From Minisyncoccota bacterium (GTDB lineage: Bacteria; Patescibacteriota; Minisyncoccia; Phycocordibacterales; UBA9973), in assembly GCA_041667145.1 (NCBI GenBank), contig JBAYFP010000004.1, forward strand, positions 9,100-73,099: DNA of 64,000 nucleotides, given 5' to 3'. How positions within the stretch are numbered: the stretch's first letter is position 1; every line of letters starts with the position of its first letter. The position numbers and the translations under genes were made by a program. The notes under the pieces are model-generated. The model had not been told where the DNA came from, did no database searches, and saw only the letters and a list, made by a program, of their open reading frames with translations. Shown here one piece after another: positions 45,183-54,607 of this stretch.

Positions 45183-46886
45183 GTGGATACAGAAACTAAA
45201 AATTGCCAAAATTGCAAGAAAGACTTTACAATAGAGCCGGAAGATTTTAAATTTTATGAAAAAATAAACGTGCCAGCACCTACATGGTGTCCAGAATGTC
45301 GTGCTATGCGGCGTTTTTCTTTTATGAATGTTTGGAGTCTTTATAAAAGAATTTGTGCTAAATGTGGAGGTGATACTTTATCAGTTTATTCTTTAGATAA
45401 GCCTAATATTGTGTATTGTAACCCTTGTTGGTGGGGTGATTCTTGGGATGGCAGGGAATACGGAATGGATTATGATCCCACTAGATCTTTTTTTGATCAA
45501 CTATATGAGTTGTTTTTAAAAACACCATGGCAAGCTCTTGATAATGAATATGTTAGTAATAAAAATAGTAAATATGTGAATGGTGTTGCCTATCAAAAAG
45601 ATTGTTATATGAATTTTTGGGCAGATTTTTGTGAAAATGTTTTTTATTCATCTTATGAAAATCATTTGAAGGATTCTGTTGATTGTTTGAGAATGATCGA
45701 TTCAGAACTTTGCTATGAGTCCATAGGGTGCAACAAATGTTATCGCGCATTCTTTTCAGAAGAATGTGATTCTTGCACGGATGTTTGGTTTTCACGTGCT
45801 TGTTCTGGATTAGTGAATTGTTTCGGCTGTATAAATTTAAGAAATAAAAGTTATTGCATCTGGAATGAACAATATACCCGTGAAGATTATTTTAAAAAAT
45901 TAAAAGAGTTTTCTATTGATTCTAGAAAGATGTTAGATCAGTTAAGAAAAACTGCTTTTGAATTTTGGATGAAATATCCGAATAGATTTTACATTGGTAA
46001 TAGTCTAAATGTAAATGTTTCTGGGAACTACATATATGAATCAAAAAATACCCACGATTCATATCTTGTTTTATCTGTAGAGGATTCTCGTTTTGTTCAA
46101 TTTGTCAGTGTGGCTTCCACTAAAGGTTGTTATGATTATACTGGTTGGGGAAACGGAGTAGAAAAAATTTATGAGTCTTCGGTTGTAGGAGAAGGAGCTA
46201 ATAACATTAGGTTTTCTCATCAATGCTGGCCCGATGTCTTAGATATAGAATATTCTATTTATGCTAACGCTTGCAAGAATGTGTTTGGTTGTGTCAATCT
46301 CAAAAAGAAAAAATATTGTATCTTAAATAAAGAATATACAAAAGAGGAATACGAAAAACTTAAGAACAAAATCATAGAAGATATGAAAAAGAATCCATAT
46401 ATAGATGAAAAAGGGAGGGTTTGGGCTTATGGAGAATTTTTGCCATTGAAATTTGCACCTTTCGCTTACAATGAGACGATTGCAGGTAATTTTTTTCCAA
46501 TGACAGAGGAGGAGGCTTTGAATAAAGGTTTTAAATGGCAGGAGAGTAAAGAAAATGAGTATAAAATTACAAAAAAAACAGAAAGTTTACCCGATACTAT
46601 ATTAGAAACAGAAGATTCAATTTTGAATGATGTTTTTGCTTGCTCGTCGTGTGATAGGGCTTATCGTTTTACTTTGGGTGAATTAAATTTAATGAAAAAA
46701 CTCTCTTTACCTCTTCCTCGAGAATGTTTTAATTGTAGACAAAGTTTTCGTTTGACTCGTGTGAACTTACCTAAATTATATGAAAGAGATTGTCAAAAAT
46801 GCGGGAATAAGATAAAAACTTCTTATGCTCCTGACAGACCTGAGATTGTTTATTGTGTTAAATGTTACCAGCAAGAATTCGCTTAA
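45183..46886 (+). CDS. Cysteine-rich multi-zinc-ribbon protein, unknown function (paralog B); apparent GTG start
   Basis: 567 aa. Aligns end to end with 3632..5347 (CQNCKKDFTIEPEDFKFYEKINVPAPTWCPECR… / …SYAPDRPEIVYCVKCYQQE). TGTATAAT extended -10 lies 12 nt upstream. Confidence 0.8.
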   Translation: MDTETKNCQNCKKDFTIEPEDFKFYEKINVPAPTWCPECRAMRRFSFMNVWSLYKRICAKCGGDTLSVYSLDKPNIVYCNPCWWGDSWDGREYGMDYDPTRSFFDQLYELFLKTPWQALDNEYVSNKNSKYVNGVAYQKDCYMNFWADFCENVFYSSYENHLKDSVDCLRMIDSELCYESIGCNKCYRAFFSEECDSCTDVWFSRACSGLVNCFGCINLRNKSYCIWNEQYTREDYFKKLKEFSIDSRKMLDQLRKTAFEFWMKYPNRFYIGNSLNVNVSGNYIYESKNTHDSYLVLSVEDSRFVQFVSVASTKGCYDYTGWGNGVEKIYESSVVGEGANNIRFSHQCWPDVLDIEYSIYANACKNVFGCVNLKKKKYCILNKEYTKEEYEKLKNKIIEDMKKNPYIDEKGRVWAYGEFLPLKFAPFAYNETIAGNFFPMTEEEALNKGFKWQESKENEYKITKKTESLPDTILETEDSILNDVFACSSCDRAYRFTLGELNLMKKLSLPLPRECFNCRQSFRLTRVNLPKLYERDCQKCGNKIKTSYAPDRPEIVYCVKCYQQEFA

Positions 46887-46925
46887 TTTGCCTTTGAAGC
46901 TCGTTTATGTTAGATTAAAATAACT

Positions 46926-47333
46926 ATGGCAGGAAATAAAGTAGATAAAACAAAACTCAGTCCAGTAAATATTGAGGAAAGAAAAAAGCTAGATTTTAGT
47001 GCTGGAGACACTGTCCGTGTCTGGTCTAAGGTTCTAGATGAAAAAGGTAAAATACGTTTACAGGCTTTTGAAGGTATCGTACTTGCCCGTAAGCATGGGA
47101 CAGAGATAGGTGCTACCTTTACTGTTCGCAGAGTCGCTTCTGGTGTTGGCGTAGAAAGAATTTTCCCATTATATTCTCCAGCGATTGATAAAATAGAAGT
47201 CACCAAACAATCTCGTGCTCGCAAATCAAAACTTTACTATGTTCGTGCAAAAGCTGTCAAAGATGTTCGCCGAAAATTACGCTCAGTAGTTTCTCAAGAG
47301 GATGAAGTAGTTACAGAAGAAGCAGCTAAATAA
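46926..47333 (+). CDS. rplS: 50S ribosomal protein L19 with a C-terminal extension
   Basis: FSAGDTVRVWSKVLDEKGKIRLQAFEGIVLARKHGTEIGATFTVRRVASGVGVERIFPLYSP. Confidence 0.9.
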   Translation: MAGNKVDKTKLSPVNIEERKKLDFSAGDTVRVWSKVLDEKGKIRLQAFEGIVLARKHGTEIGATFTVRRVASGVGVERIFPLYSPAIDKIEVTKQSRARKSKLYYVRAKAVKDVRRKLRSVVSQEDEVVTEEAAK

Positions 47334-47349
47334 AAACCTAAAAATAAAA

Positions 47350-47372
47350 ACCTCAGGAAGCTGAGGTTTTTA
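47350..47372 (+). terminator. Rho-independent terminator after rplS
   Basis: CCTCAG-GAAG-CTGAGG followed by a T run. Confidence 0.65.
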
Positions 47373-47402
47373 TTTTATTTAATTATGCTAAAATCAAAAA
47401 AT

Positions 47403-47484
47403 GCCCAGGTGGAGAAACTGGTAGACTTACTACCTTGAGGTGGTAGCGCCGAAAGGCATGGGGGTTCGAGTCCCCCCCTGGGCA
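47403..47484 (+). tRNA. tRNA-Leu (anticodon GAG), long variable arm
   Basis: GCCCAGGTGGAGAAACTGGTAGACTTACTACCTTGAGGTGGTAGCGCCGAAAGGCATGGGGGTTCGAGTCCCCCCCTGGGCA. Anticodon loop TTGAGGT. Confidence 0.85.
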
Positions 47485-47597
47485 CATCGTTTAATTTGTT
47501 TTTATTTATACCCTTATTTTGTTTGACTTAAATATTGTGACGTGGTATATATGATCCATAATCCACATAGTTAGTTCATCAATAATTAAGGACATTT

Positions 47598-48011
47598 ATG
47601 TCAAAAGATACAGGTACTCTGATTCTTGAAGGGTCAGAGAAGTTGACACCTGCACAGAGAGCTGAGATTCTCTCTGTTGTTAGCGAAGAATTAAGAGCGT
47701 TTCTTGAGGATTGCGATAGTCGTAGGGAAACCGCCTCTGAATATATTGGTAGCGGTAAATTTTCTGAATCTCGTGAGAAAGGGTCTCAGAGTGATGAGGG
47801 TTTAATTCTTCTTCATAGATCCTCTGAGAGAGTTTCTGTATTATCAAGAATAAAAAAACGGTTGGAGCAGGAAGATCCGACCTATGGGTTGTGTTCGTAT
47901 ACAGATAAATCTAAAAATGTATGTGGCAAACCCATAGACCCAAATGTTCTTAAAATAATTCCTGAAGCTTCAAGATGCCCAGAGTGTATCTTGAAGTCGG
48001 AGGAAAAATAG
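47598..48011 (+). CDS. DksA/TraR-family C4 zinc-finger protein (putative)
   Basis: C-terminal YGLCSYTDKSKNVCGKPIDPNVLKIIPEASRCPEC matches the TraR/DksA CG.PI…L..P….C..C pattern. N-terminal part (LTPAQRAEILSVVSEELRAFLED) is coiled-coil-like. 137 aa. Confidence 0.45.
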   Translation: MSKDTGTLILEGSEKLTPAQRAEILSVVSEELRAFLEDCDSRRETASEYIGSGKFSESREKGSQSDEGLILLHRSSERVSVLSRIKKRLEQEDPTYGLCSYTDKSKNVCGKPIDPNVLKIIPEASRCPECILKSEEK

Positions 48012-48035
48012 AAAAAAATCGTTGTAAAAAAGTTT

Positions 48036-48070
48036 TGTAACCCCGTTCTAGGATCTAGGACGGGGTTATC
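48036..48070 (+). terminator. Stem-loop terminator
   Basis: AACCCCGTTCTAG-GAT-CTAGGACGGGGTT followed by a T-rich tract. Confidence 0.5.
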
Positions 48071-48091
48071 TTATTTTTAGTGTGATATAAT

Positions 48092-48922
48092 TTGAATATG
48101 AAAATCGCAATTTTGGGAGGAGGAATATATGGTTCTGCTATGGCATCTTATTTATCTGGTATAGGGCATAATGTTTCTGTCGATACTATAGATGGGGGTG
48201 ATATGATATTTGTCTGTGCTTCTTCCAATATGGTTTTGCCTTCACTTTTAAAATTTGAAAAAGAGATTACTGATCAAAAAATAATAATTTGTTCAAAAGG
48301 TTTTGCAGGTGACGGAAGGCTTATCTCGGAAGCTTTAAAAGAAAAATTTATAAATGAAGTATTCTTTTTATATGGCCCTACTTTAGCAGAAGAATTGGGT
48401 AAAGGATCTCCTTCGTGTATGGTCTTGGCAGGAGGTGAGGGTAAAGAAGAAATAAAGAAACAAATTGAATCAGAGAATTTACGGATAGATCTCTCAGACG
48501 ATGTGGTAGGAGTAGAGATAAGTGCGGCATTGAAAAATGTCATGACCATACTTATAGGTATAGTAGAAGGTGCAGGATATGGGCAAAATACTAAAGCGTA
48601 TGTTTTTACAAAGACAATTCAGGAGACGAAAGATATAGGTCTTGCTTTAGGAGGCAAGATTGAGACATTTTTGGGTTTGTCGTGCATCGGTGATTTTTCT
48701 CTTCCATCTCGTAATAGATTTTTAGGTATTGAACTAGGTAAAGGATATAAATTAGAGGAAATCGTGAGAGAGACGAATTATACTCCAGCAGGAGTCTATG
48801 CTCTTAAGGATGCTAAAAAAATGGTTGAAAAGTTGGGTATAGATGCACCACTTATAAGAGTGCTTTATAAAATAGTTTTTGAAAATTATTCTATTAAAGA
48901 GGCAATAAAAGAGATCGATTAA
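48092..48922 (+). CDS. gpsA: NAD(P)H-dependent glycerol-3-phosphate dehydrogenase
   Basis: MKIAILGGGIYGSAMA Rossmann motif. SAALKNVMTILIGIVEG, FLGLSCIGDF, SRNRFLGIELGKG. Confidence 0.75.
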   Translation: MNMKIAILGGGIYGSAMASYLSGIGHNVSVDTIDGGDMIFVCASSNMVLPSLLKFEKEITDQKIIICSKGFAGDGRLISEALKEKFINEVFFLYGPTLAEELGKGSPSCMVLAGGEGKEEIKKQIESENLRIDLSDDVVGVEISAALKNVMTILIGIVEGAGYGQNTKAYVFTKTIQETKDIGLALGGKIETFLGLSCIGDFSLPSRNRFLGIELGKGYKLEEIVRETNYTPAGVYALKDAKKMVEKLGIDAPLIRVLYKIVFENYSIKEAIKEID

Positions 48923-48923
48923 A

Positions 48924-51317
48924 ATGTTGACAGGTTTAACAAAAGAAGAGGCTCAAAATAGGTTAAAGAGAGATGGTAATAACACTATAGTATCTAAAAA
49001 GCCTGAGTCTGCTTTTTTTATTTTTTTAAATGAATTCAAAAGCCCGCTTGTCCTCCTTTTGATGGGTGCTTCCTTTATTTCTCTCATGACTGGCTCTTAT
49101 ACCAGTGCTATTTTGATCATTATAATTATTTTAATTAGTTCTGCTATTAATTTTTTTGTTTCATACAAATCACAAAAGGCTACGAAAGCACTTTTAAGAA
49201 AAGTTGCCTTACAGACTGTCGTAGTTCGCGATGGAAAAGAGGAAAAAATATTGGCTTCAGATATCGTGGTGGGAGATATTGTTGTGATAGAAGCAGGTAA
49301 TGTCATTCCGGCTGATGGAATAGTACGTGAAGGACGGGATCTCTTCGTGAATGAATCTTCTCTGACTGGGGAGTCTTTACCTGTTGAGAAAAATGTTGAC
49401 GATGCAGTGTATTTGGGTAGTAGCGCTGTGACAGGTCATGTATATGTGGAGATAACAGCTATCGGTAAAAATACAAAATTCTTTAAAATTGTTTCTTTAT
49501 TGGAAGAGAGGGAGAGGACAGGTGAATTTGAGAGAGGTATTAAGGATTTTAGTTTTCTTATTGCGAAAGTGGTGATACTCATGGTTATTTTTATTTTTTT
49601 TACAAATGCTTTTTTGAAACATGACATTCTGCAATCACTTATCTTCGCTTTAGCCATTGCTGTCGGAGTCACTCCCGAATTATTACCGATGATTATCGCC
49701 TTAAATGTTTCTAAAGCTTCTATAAAGATGGAGAAACATGGTGTTATCGTTAAAAAATTATCAGCTGTCGAGAATTTTGGCAGCATGGATATACTTTGCA
49801 CAGATAAGACAGGGACATTGACGGAGGATAAAATTACTTTGGTAAAATATTTAGATCTAGAGGGAAAAGATTCTGAAGAAGTTTTGAAATATGCTTTTGT
49901 AAACAGTATTTTTCATACCGGAACAAAAAATCCTCTTGATGCTGCTATCGCCAAGTATCGAGATTTTGACATTTCTTCATATGAGAAAATTGATGAAAAA
50001 CCTTTTGATTTCGAACGTAAGCGTGACAGTATAATCGTCAGGTATAATAATGAGATTATTCTTATTGCCAAAGGTGCCCCAGAGCAGATTTTCCCAGTAA
50101 CCGATTTGTCTTCTATTCAAATTAAACAAGCAGAAAAATTGTTTGATTCTCTATCAGAAGATGGATATAGAGTCATAGCTATTGCTACTAAGAATTTAAA
50201 TTCTTCACAAAAATATACTATTACTGATGAATCGAGTCTCACTTTTCATGGTTTTATTGCTTTCATTGATCCACCTAAAAAAGGTGTAAAAGAAGTATTA
50301 GATGAGCTTGAATCCCTTGGAGTAAATATAAAAGTGATCACAGGGGATCATGTTCTTGTCGCAGAAAAAATTGTTAAAGAGATTGGTTTACCAATCCTCG
50401 GAGTACTAAATGGAGAAGAAATTGAAAAATTATCTGATGAAGAACTTGCTAGTGCATCAGAGGGGACTAACATATTTGCGAGAGTAAATCCTGTGCAGAA
50501 AAATCGTATAATAAAAGCACTTCAATCTCGTAAACATGTCGTCGGGTATATGGGTGACGGAATAAATGATGCACCGTCACTGCGTACAGCAGATGTGGGT
50601 ATATCTGTAGATAACGCCGTTGATGTAGCAAAAGAATCTGCTGATATAATTTTATTGTCGAAAAGTTTTCGTGAATTGATAGATGGAGTTATCGAAGGGC
50701 GTCGTACTTTTGCTAATACAAATAAATATATTTCGATGGCTATCAGTTCGAATTTTGGCAATATGTTTTCAATGACTGGGGCATCTATTCTTTTACCATT
50801 TTTGCCAATGTTGCCGGTTCAAGTATTGTTGAATAATCTGCTTTATGAAAGTTCACAATTCTCTCTTACTTTTGATAGAGTAGAGAAGTCTATCTTATCT
50901 CGTCCTAACCCGTGGAATATAAAATATATAAAAAAATTCATGTATTTTTTTGGAGGTATCAGTTCTATTTTTGATTTTTTGACATTTTTTGTATTGTACA
51001 AAGTTTTGATGTTATCAGGCTCTTCTTTCCAGACAGGTTGGTTTATCGAATCTTTTGCCACGCAGACACTCGTTATATTTTTGATTCGTTCTCGTAAATT
51101 TATATTTAAATCCATTTCCCCTCATCCTGCTGTCATCTGGGCTACTATTTCAGCAGTCGTTATAGCATGGGTTGTAGCATTGACTTCACTTGGTCAATTA
51201 TTTGGCTTTACCCCACTTTCAACTTTAGCTGTTTTATCAATAGTTGGAATAGTAATTACGTATTTGATTATAGTTGAAATAGGTAAGAAGATTTTCTATA
51301 AAGTTTTTAAATTTTAG
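48924..51317 (+). CDS. P-type cation-transporting ATPase (Mg2+/Ca2+ type)
   Basis: Phosphorylation site CTDKTGTLT. Hinge GDGINDAPSL. TGES and ten TM helices. 797 aa. Confidence 0.9.
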   Translation: MLTGLTKEEAQNRLKRDGNNTIVSKKPESAFFIFLNEFKSPLVLLLMGASFISLMTGSYTSAILIIIIILISSAINFFVSYKSQKATKALLRKVALQTVVVRDGKEEKILASDIVVGDIVVIEAGNVIPADGIVREGRDLFVNESSLTGESLPVEKNVDDAVYLGSSAVTGHVYVEITAIGKNTKFFKIVSLLEERERTGEFERGIKDFSFLIAKVVILMVIFIFFTNAFLKHDILQSLIFALAIAVGVTPELLPMIIALNVSKASIKMEKHGVIVKKLSAVENFGSMDILCTDKTGTLTEDKITLVKYLDLEGKDSEEVLKYAFVNSIFHTGTKNPLDAAIAKYRDFDISSYEKIDEKPFDFERKRDSIIVRYNNEIILIAKGAPEQIFPVTDLSSIQIKQAEKLFDSLSEDGYRVIAIATKNLNSSQKYTITDESSLTFHGFIAFIDPPKKGVKEVLDELESLGVNIKVITGDHVLVAEKIVKEIGLPILGVLNGEEIEKLSDEELASASEGTNIFARVNPVQKNRIIKALQSRKHVVGYMGDGINDAPSLRTADVGISVDNAVDVAKESADIILLSKSFRELIDGVIEGRRTFANTNKYISMAISSNFGNMFSMTGASILLPFLPMLPVQVLLNNLLYESSQFSLTFDRVEKSILSRPNPWNIKYIKKFMYFFGGISSIFDFLTFFVLYKVLMLSGSSFQTGWFIESFATQTLVIFLIRSRKFIFKSISPHPAVIWATISAVVIAWVVALTSLGQLFGFTPLSTLAVLSIVGIVITYLIIVEIGKKIFYKVFKF

Positions 51318-51328
51318 TAATTTTAGGT

Positions 51329-51375
51329 ATACCCTGTAGTAGATTTTTGTCAAAAAATTCACTACGGGGTATACT
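51329..51375. repeat. Hairpin repeat related to the ACTACGGG family; terminator-like
   Basis: TATACCCTGTAGTAGA-TTTTTGTCAAAAAATTC-ACTACGGGGTATA. Confidence 0.5.
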
Positions 51376-51381
51376 GTCTAT

Positions 51382-51942
51382 ATGTTATATACAAGAAAAG
51401 GGGATGGTGGAACAACTAAAACCTTCGGATGTGATCAACGTATCTCTAAAAGCTCGATCATAGCTGAAGCCCTTGGCTCTCTTGATGAGATAAATTCTTT
51501 TCTTGGTCTTTGTAAAGTTAAAGTCGCTGAAAAAGGCCAGACCTTAAATCTGGGGAAAGGTCTGGCCTTGGTGGATTTAATTCATGGTATTCAAAAAAAT
51601 CTATTTATTGTCCAAGCGGAGCTCGCAGGGGCGTCTATGTCTATAGATGAAGAAAAAATAGAAGAAGTAGAGACTTTTATAGATACTATTGAAAAAGAAC
51701 TTCCACCAATAAAAACTTTTTTCATTTCTGGTGGTACAGAACTTGCCGCTACTTTTGATATAGCACGTACCATCTCTCGTAGGGCAGAAAGGAGAGTCGT
51801 GGGTGTGACGGAAGAAGGGAAAACCCCAGTAAATAAAAATACTCTTGCGTATCTAAATCGTCTCTCGAGTCTTCTTTATGCCTTTGCTAGATTGGCAAAT
51901 TATAAGGCTGGAATAAAAGAAGAGGGCCCAGACTATAAATAA
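51382..51942 (+). CDS. PduO-type ATP:cob(I)alamin adenosyltransferase family protein
   Basis: MLYTRKGDGGTTKTFGCDQRISKSS…IEALGSLDEINSFLGL is the classic PduO/MMAB N-terminus. 186 aa. Confidence 0.8.
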   Translation: MLYTRKGDGGTTKTFGCDQRISKSSIIAEALGSLDEINSFLGLCKVKVAEKGQTLNLGKGLALVDLIHGIQKNLFIVQAELAGASMSIDEEKIEEVETFIDTIEKELPPIKTFFISGGTELAATFDIARTISRRAERRVVGVTEEGKTPVNKNTLAYLNRLSSLLYAFARLANYKAGIKEEGPDYK

Positions 51943-51985
51943 AAGTGGCATTTATCCATATTTTTTGATATAAATAGCACTGTAT

Positions 51986-52060
51986 GGTGCCTATGGTGTA
52001 ACGGTTAGCACTAGGGTTTGTGGAACCCTCAGTTCGAGTTCAAATCTCGATAGGCACCCA
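51986..52060 (+). tRNA. tRNA-His (anticodon GUG) with G-1 and encoded CCA
   Basis: G-GTGCCTATGGTGTAACGGTTAGCACTAGGGTTTGTGGAACCCTCAGTTCGAGTTCAAATCTCGATAGGCAC-C-CCA. An extra 5' G pairs with C73. Anticodon loop TTGTGGA. Confidence 0.85.
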
Positions 52061-52064
52061 TTTT

Positions 52065-52637
52065 ATGGAAATTGAATACGAAGCGACATTTTTAAATATA
52101 GATAAAAATGAAATTAGAAAACGCTTAAAGAATACGGGTGCGATATTATTACGACCTGAATATTTGCAAAAAAGAATCCCTTTTAATTTACCAAAGGAAA
52201 CACACTCGAAGGATAAATTTGTGAGAGTCCGTGATGAAGGTGATAAAATCACTATGAGTTTTAAAATGTTTGATGGTGATAAGATCGAGAATCAGAAAGA
52301 AATATGTCTTACCGTAAATGATTTTAATGACGCTGTAGACCTTTTGACACAGATTGGATGCGAACCAAAATCATATCAAGAAAGTAAAAGAGAACTTTGG
52401 AAATTAGATAACGTAGAAATTATGATAGATGAATGGCCTTTCTTAGAGCCGTTTATAGAAATAGAAGGGAAGAGTGAAAAAGATGTAAAAAAAGTTTCAG
52501 AAAAATTAGGATTTGATTATTCTAAAGCATTATTTTGTCCAACTGGGAAAATTTACCAAATGAAATACAATATTCCAGAAAACAAAATAAATACAATACC
52601 AAAAATAGTTTTTGACATGAAAAATCCATTTTTATAG
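52065..52637 (+). CDS. CYTH-domain protein (class IV adenylyl cyclase / triphosphatase-like)
   Basis: MEIEYEATFLNIDKNEIRKRL…RVRDEG…EIMIDEWPFLEPFIEIEG. Start moved downstream to an ATG just 3' of tRNA-His; the tracked ORF start overlapped the tRNA. Confidence 0.7.
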   Translation: MEIEYEATFLNIDKNEIRKRLKNTGAILLRPEYLQKRIPFNLPKETHSKDKFVRVRDEGDKITMSFKMFDGDKIENQKEICLTVNDFNDAVDLLTQIGCEPKSYQESKRELWKLDNVEIMIDEWPFLEPFIEIEGKSEKDVKKVSEKLGFDYSKALFCPTGKIYQMKYNIPENKINTIPKIVFDMKNPFL

Positions 52638-52680
52638 TATTTTACTATTCAATTTACAACTGAACTGATATAATAAAAGC

Positions 52681-54024
52681 ATGATTAATCAACAATTAAT
52701 TAGTTTTATTAGGCAACAATTACAATTAGGTACAACTAAAGAAAAAATATCAAGTGAGCTTCTGGCTAATGGCTGGAGCTCACAAGATGTAGAAGAAGGA
52801 TTTAAGGCTGTCGATATTCCTGTCCCGACTCCAAATACAAACCCGACACCAGTTTCTAATAGTTCTTCTTTTAATAATAATTTATTTTCCGCTAGTTCTA
52901 CAAAATTAGTGAATCATTCTGGTAATAAAATATTTTTAGTGGCACTAATAATATTTTTATTATTAACTGGTGGGGCATCTGCCTATTATTTTAAGGATAC
53001 TTTGTTGAATTTACCTGTTATTAAGGATCTAGTTGGAAATAATGATGTAATCAAGGATGTTATGACGCCAGAAGTTACTCAAGTACCAACAGAGCCGATA
53101 AATTGCCCCAATGATGACTTGAGTTGTTTTATAGATGCAGCTAAAAATTGTTCTAGGGCTACAGTTGTGTGGAATGCATCGATGACTATGGCCGGTAAAC
53201 AAAATGCTAGATTGAAACTTGATTTAAATGGGTTTGATTCCTCTGGGAAATGTGCCTTTTCTAATCTCATTGAGGATGTAAGTATAAACTTTACTCCAGA
53301 AATGAAATTAGAGGCAAAAAATTCAGGTATGACAGACGCAGCAATAGAACAAACAATAAAAACTACTAATGAATTGATTAAACCTATCATTGGAACTGTT
53401 ATTAAATGTTCCTTTTCAACAAGTGAACTTATTCAAAAACTTACAAATTGGTCAGTGGGTACTCTCAATTCAGATGATCTTACTTCAAATGATTGTACGA
53501 CAAATAATAGTATGGTTAAACTTTATACAAAGCCTTCAACGACACTTCCTGTAAAAATCACAGCGCCACTAGATATTTCAACTTGGAAAACGTATAAAAA
53601 TACTGAGTATGGATTCCAATTTAAATATCAACCTTCAGATCCTGCGCCTACAGTCAGGATTATCGATCCACTAGAAAAGGGTCAAGATAAGGTTGTTTCT
53701 ATTAGTATAGGAAGTTATACATTATCAATTACAGGAATTTATGATTCAGTATTGAAACGTAATATGACGATGGATGAATTACTAAAGAGTTTTTATATGA
53801 GTTCTTCTACCAAAGAAGATGTCATTATTAATGATATTAAGGCTGTGAGAACCTCAAAAGATTATAATTCTACTTCGTTTCACTCAGTCGAAGTCTATAT
53901 TCCTCGTTCTTCTACGCAATTTATTATTATTTCCTATGGTTGGATTTTAAATAATGATAATTCTGTAAATAAAAATAAAGATATATATGAATCCATGGTA
54001 GCTAGTTTCAAATTTATTAAATGA
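52681..54024 (+). CDS. Hypothetical membrane-anchored protein with a large extracytoplasmic domain
   Basis: 447 aa. Cytoplasmic N-terminal domain, TM helix (IFLVALIIFLLLTGGASAYYF), then a Cys-containing extracellular domain. Confidence 0.5.
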   Translation: MINQQLISFIRQQLQLGTTKEKISSELLANGWSSQDVEEGFKAVDIPVPTPNTNPTPVSNSSSFNNNLFSASSTKLVNHSGNKIFLVALIIFLLLTGGASAYYFKDTLLNLPVIKDLVGNNDVIKDVMTPEVTQVPTEPINCPNDDLSCFIDAAKNCSRATVVWNASMTMAGKQNARLKLDLNGFDSSGKCAFSNLIEDVSINFTPEMKLEAKNSGMTDAAIEQTIKTTNELIKPIIGTVIKCSFSTSELIQKLTNWSVGTLNSDDLTSNDCTTNNSMVKLYTKPSTTLPVKITAPLDISTWKTYKNTEYGFQFKYQPSDPAPTVRIIDPLEKGQDKVVSISIGSYTLSITGIYDSVLKRNMTMDELLKSFYMSSSTKEDVIINDIKAVRTSKDYNSTSFHSVEVYIPRSSTQFIIISYGWILNNDNSVNKNKDIYESMVASFKFIK

Positions 54025-54131
54025 TATTTGCAGTGGCTTTAATAATATAACAATTCAAGAGGAATAATCATTGTTTGGCATAGTATCTAAATACCTTGAT
54101 AAAAAGGGGTTTATTATATAGACTTCTTATT

Positions 54132-54599
54132 ATGCTTTCGAAAAATATTAAAGAAACTGAAAAAATAGCTAAAATATTTCTGAATAAAATATTAAAGTCT
54201 AAAAAAAGTAACGATAGAGCTTTAGTTGTTGGGCTTTCTGGTGATTTAGGTGCGGGGAAGACTGCTTTTACAAAATCTGTAGCTAAGCATCTTGGTATAA
54301 AAGAGAAGATCTTTAGTCCTACTTACGTAATTTTCAAAAAATATCTTCTCCCCCTGCGAAGGGGGAGTGCCCAAAGGGCGAAGGGGTCTAATTTTAAATT
54401 CTTTTTTCATATGGATGCTTATCGTTTGGAAAATGAAAAAGAATTATTAAATTTAGGGTGGGAAGAAATAATCAATAACAAAGAGCATTTGATTTTTATT
54501 GAATGGCCTGAAAATATAGCAGAAGCTATGCCTCTTCACTCTAAGTATGTTTATATTTCTGATAAAAAAAGTGGACACAAAGATTTTAAATTTAAGTAA
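54132..54599 (+). CDS. tsaE: tRNA threonylcarbamoyladenosine biosynthesis protein TsaE (YjeE), with a short GC-rich insertion
   Basis: Walker A GDLGAGKTAFTK. SPTYVIFKKY…HMDAYRL. Start set at the internal ATG (MLSKNIKE…). Confidence 0.7.
   Translation: MLSKNIKETEKIAKIFLNKILKSKKSNDRALVVGLSGDLGAGKTAFTKSVAKHLGIKEKIFSPTYVIFKKYLLPLRRGSAQRAKGSNFKFFFHMDAYRLENEKELLNLGWEEIINNKEHLIFIEWPENIAEAMPLHSKYVYISDKKSGHKDFKFK
54345..54392. repeat. GC-rich palindromic insertion, in-frame within tsaE
   Basis: CTCCCCCTGCGAAGGGGGAG hairpin plus GCCCAAAGGGCGAAGGGG, inside an otherwise AT-rich gene. Encodes LLPLRRGSAQRAKGSN between the conserved SPT(F/Y) and H.D.YRL motifs. Confidence 0.45.
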
Positions 54600-54607
54600 T
54601 TTTTAAA

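Noticed and set aside
52020-52064. Upstream extension of the CYTH ORF (track start 52020)
   Set aside because: The extension overlaps tRNA-His. The in-frame ATG at 52065 is directly after the tRNA and gives the canonical CYTH N-terminus MEIEYEATF.
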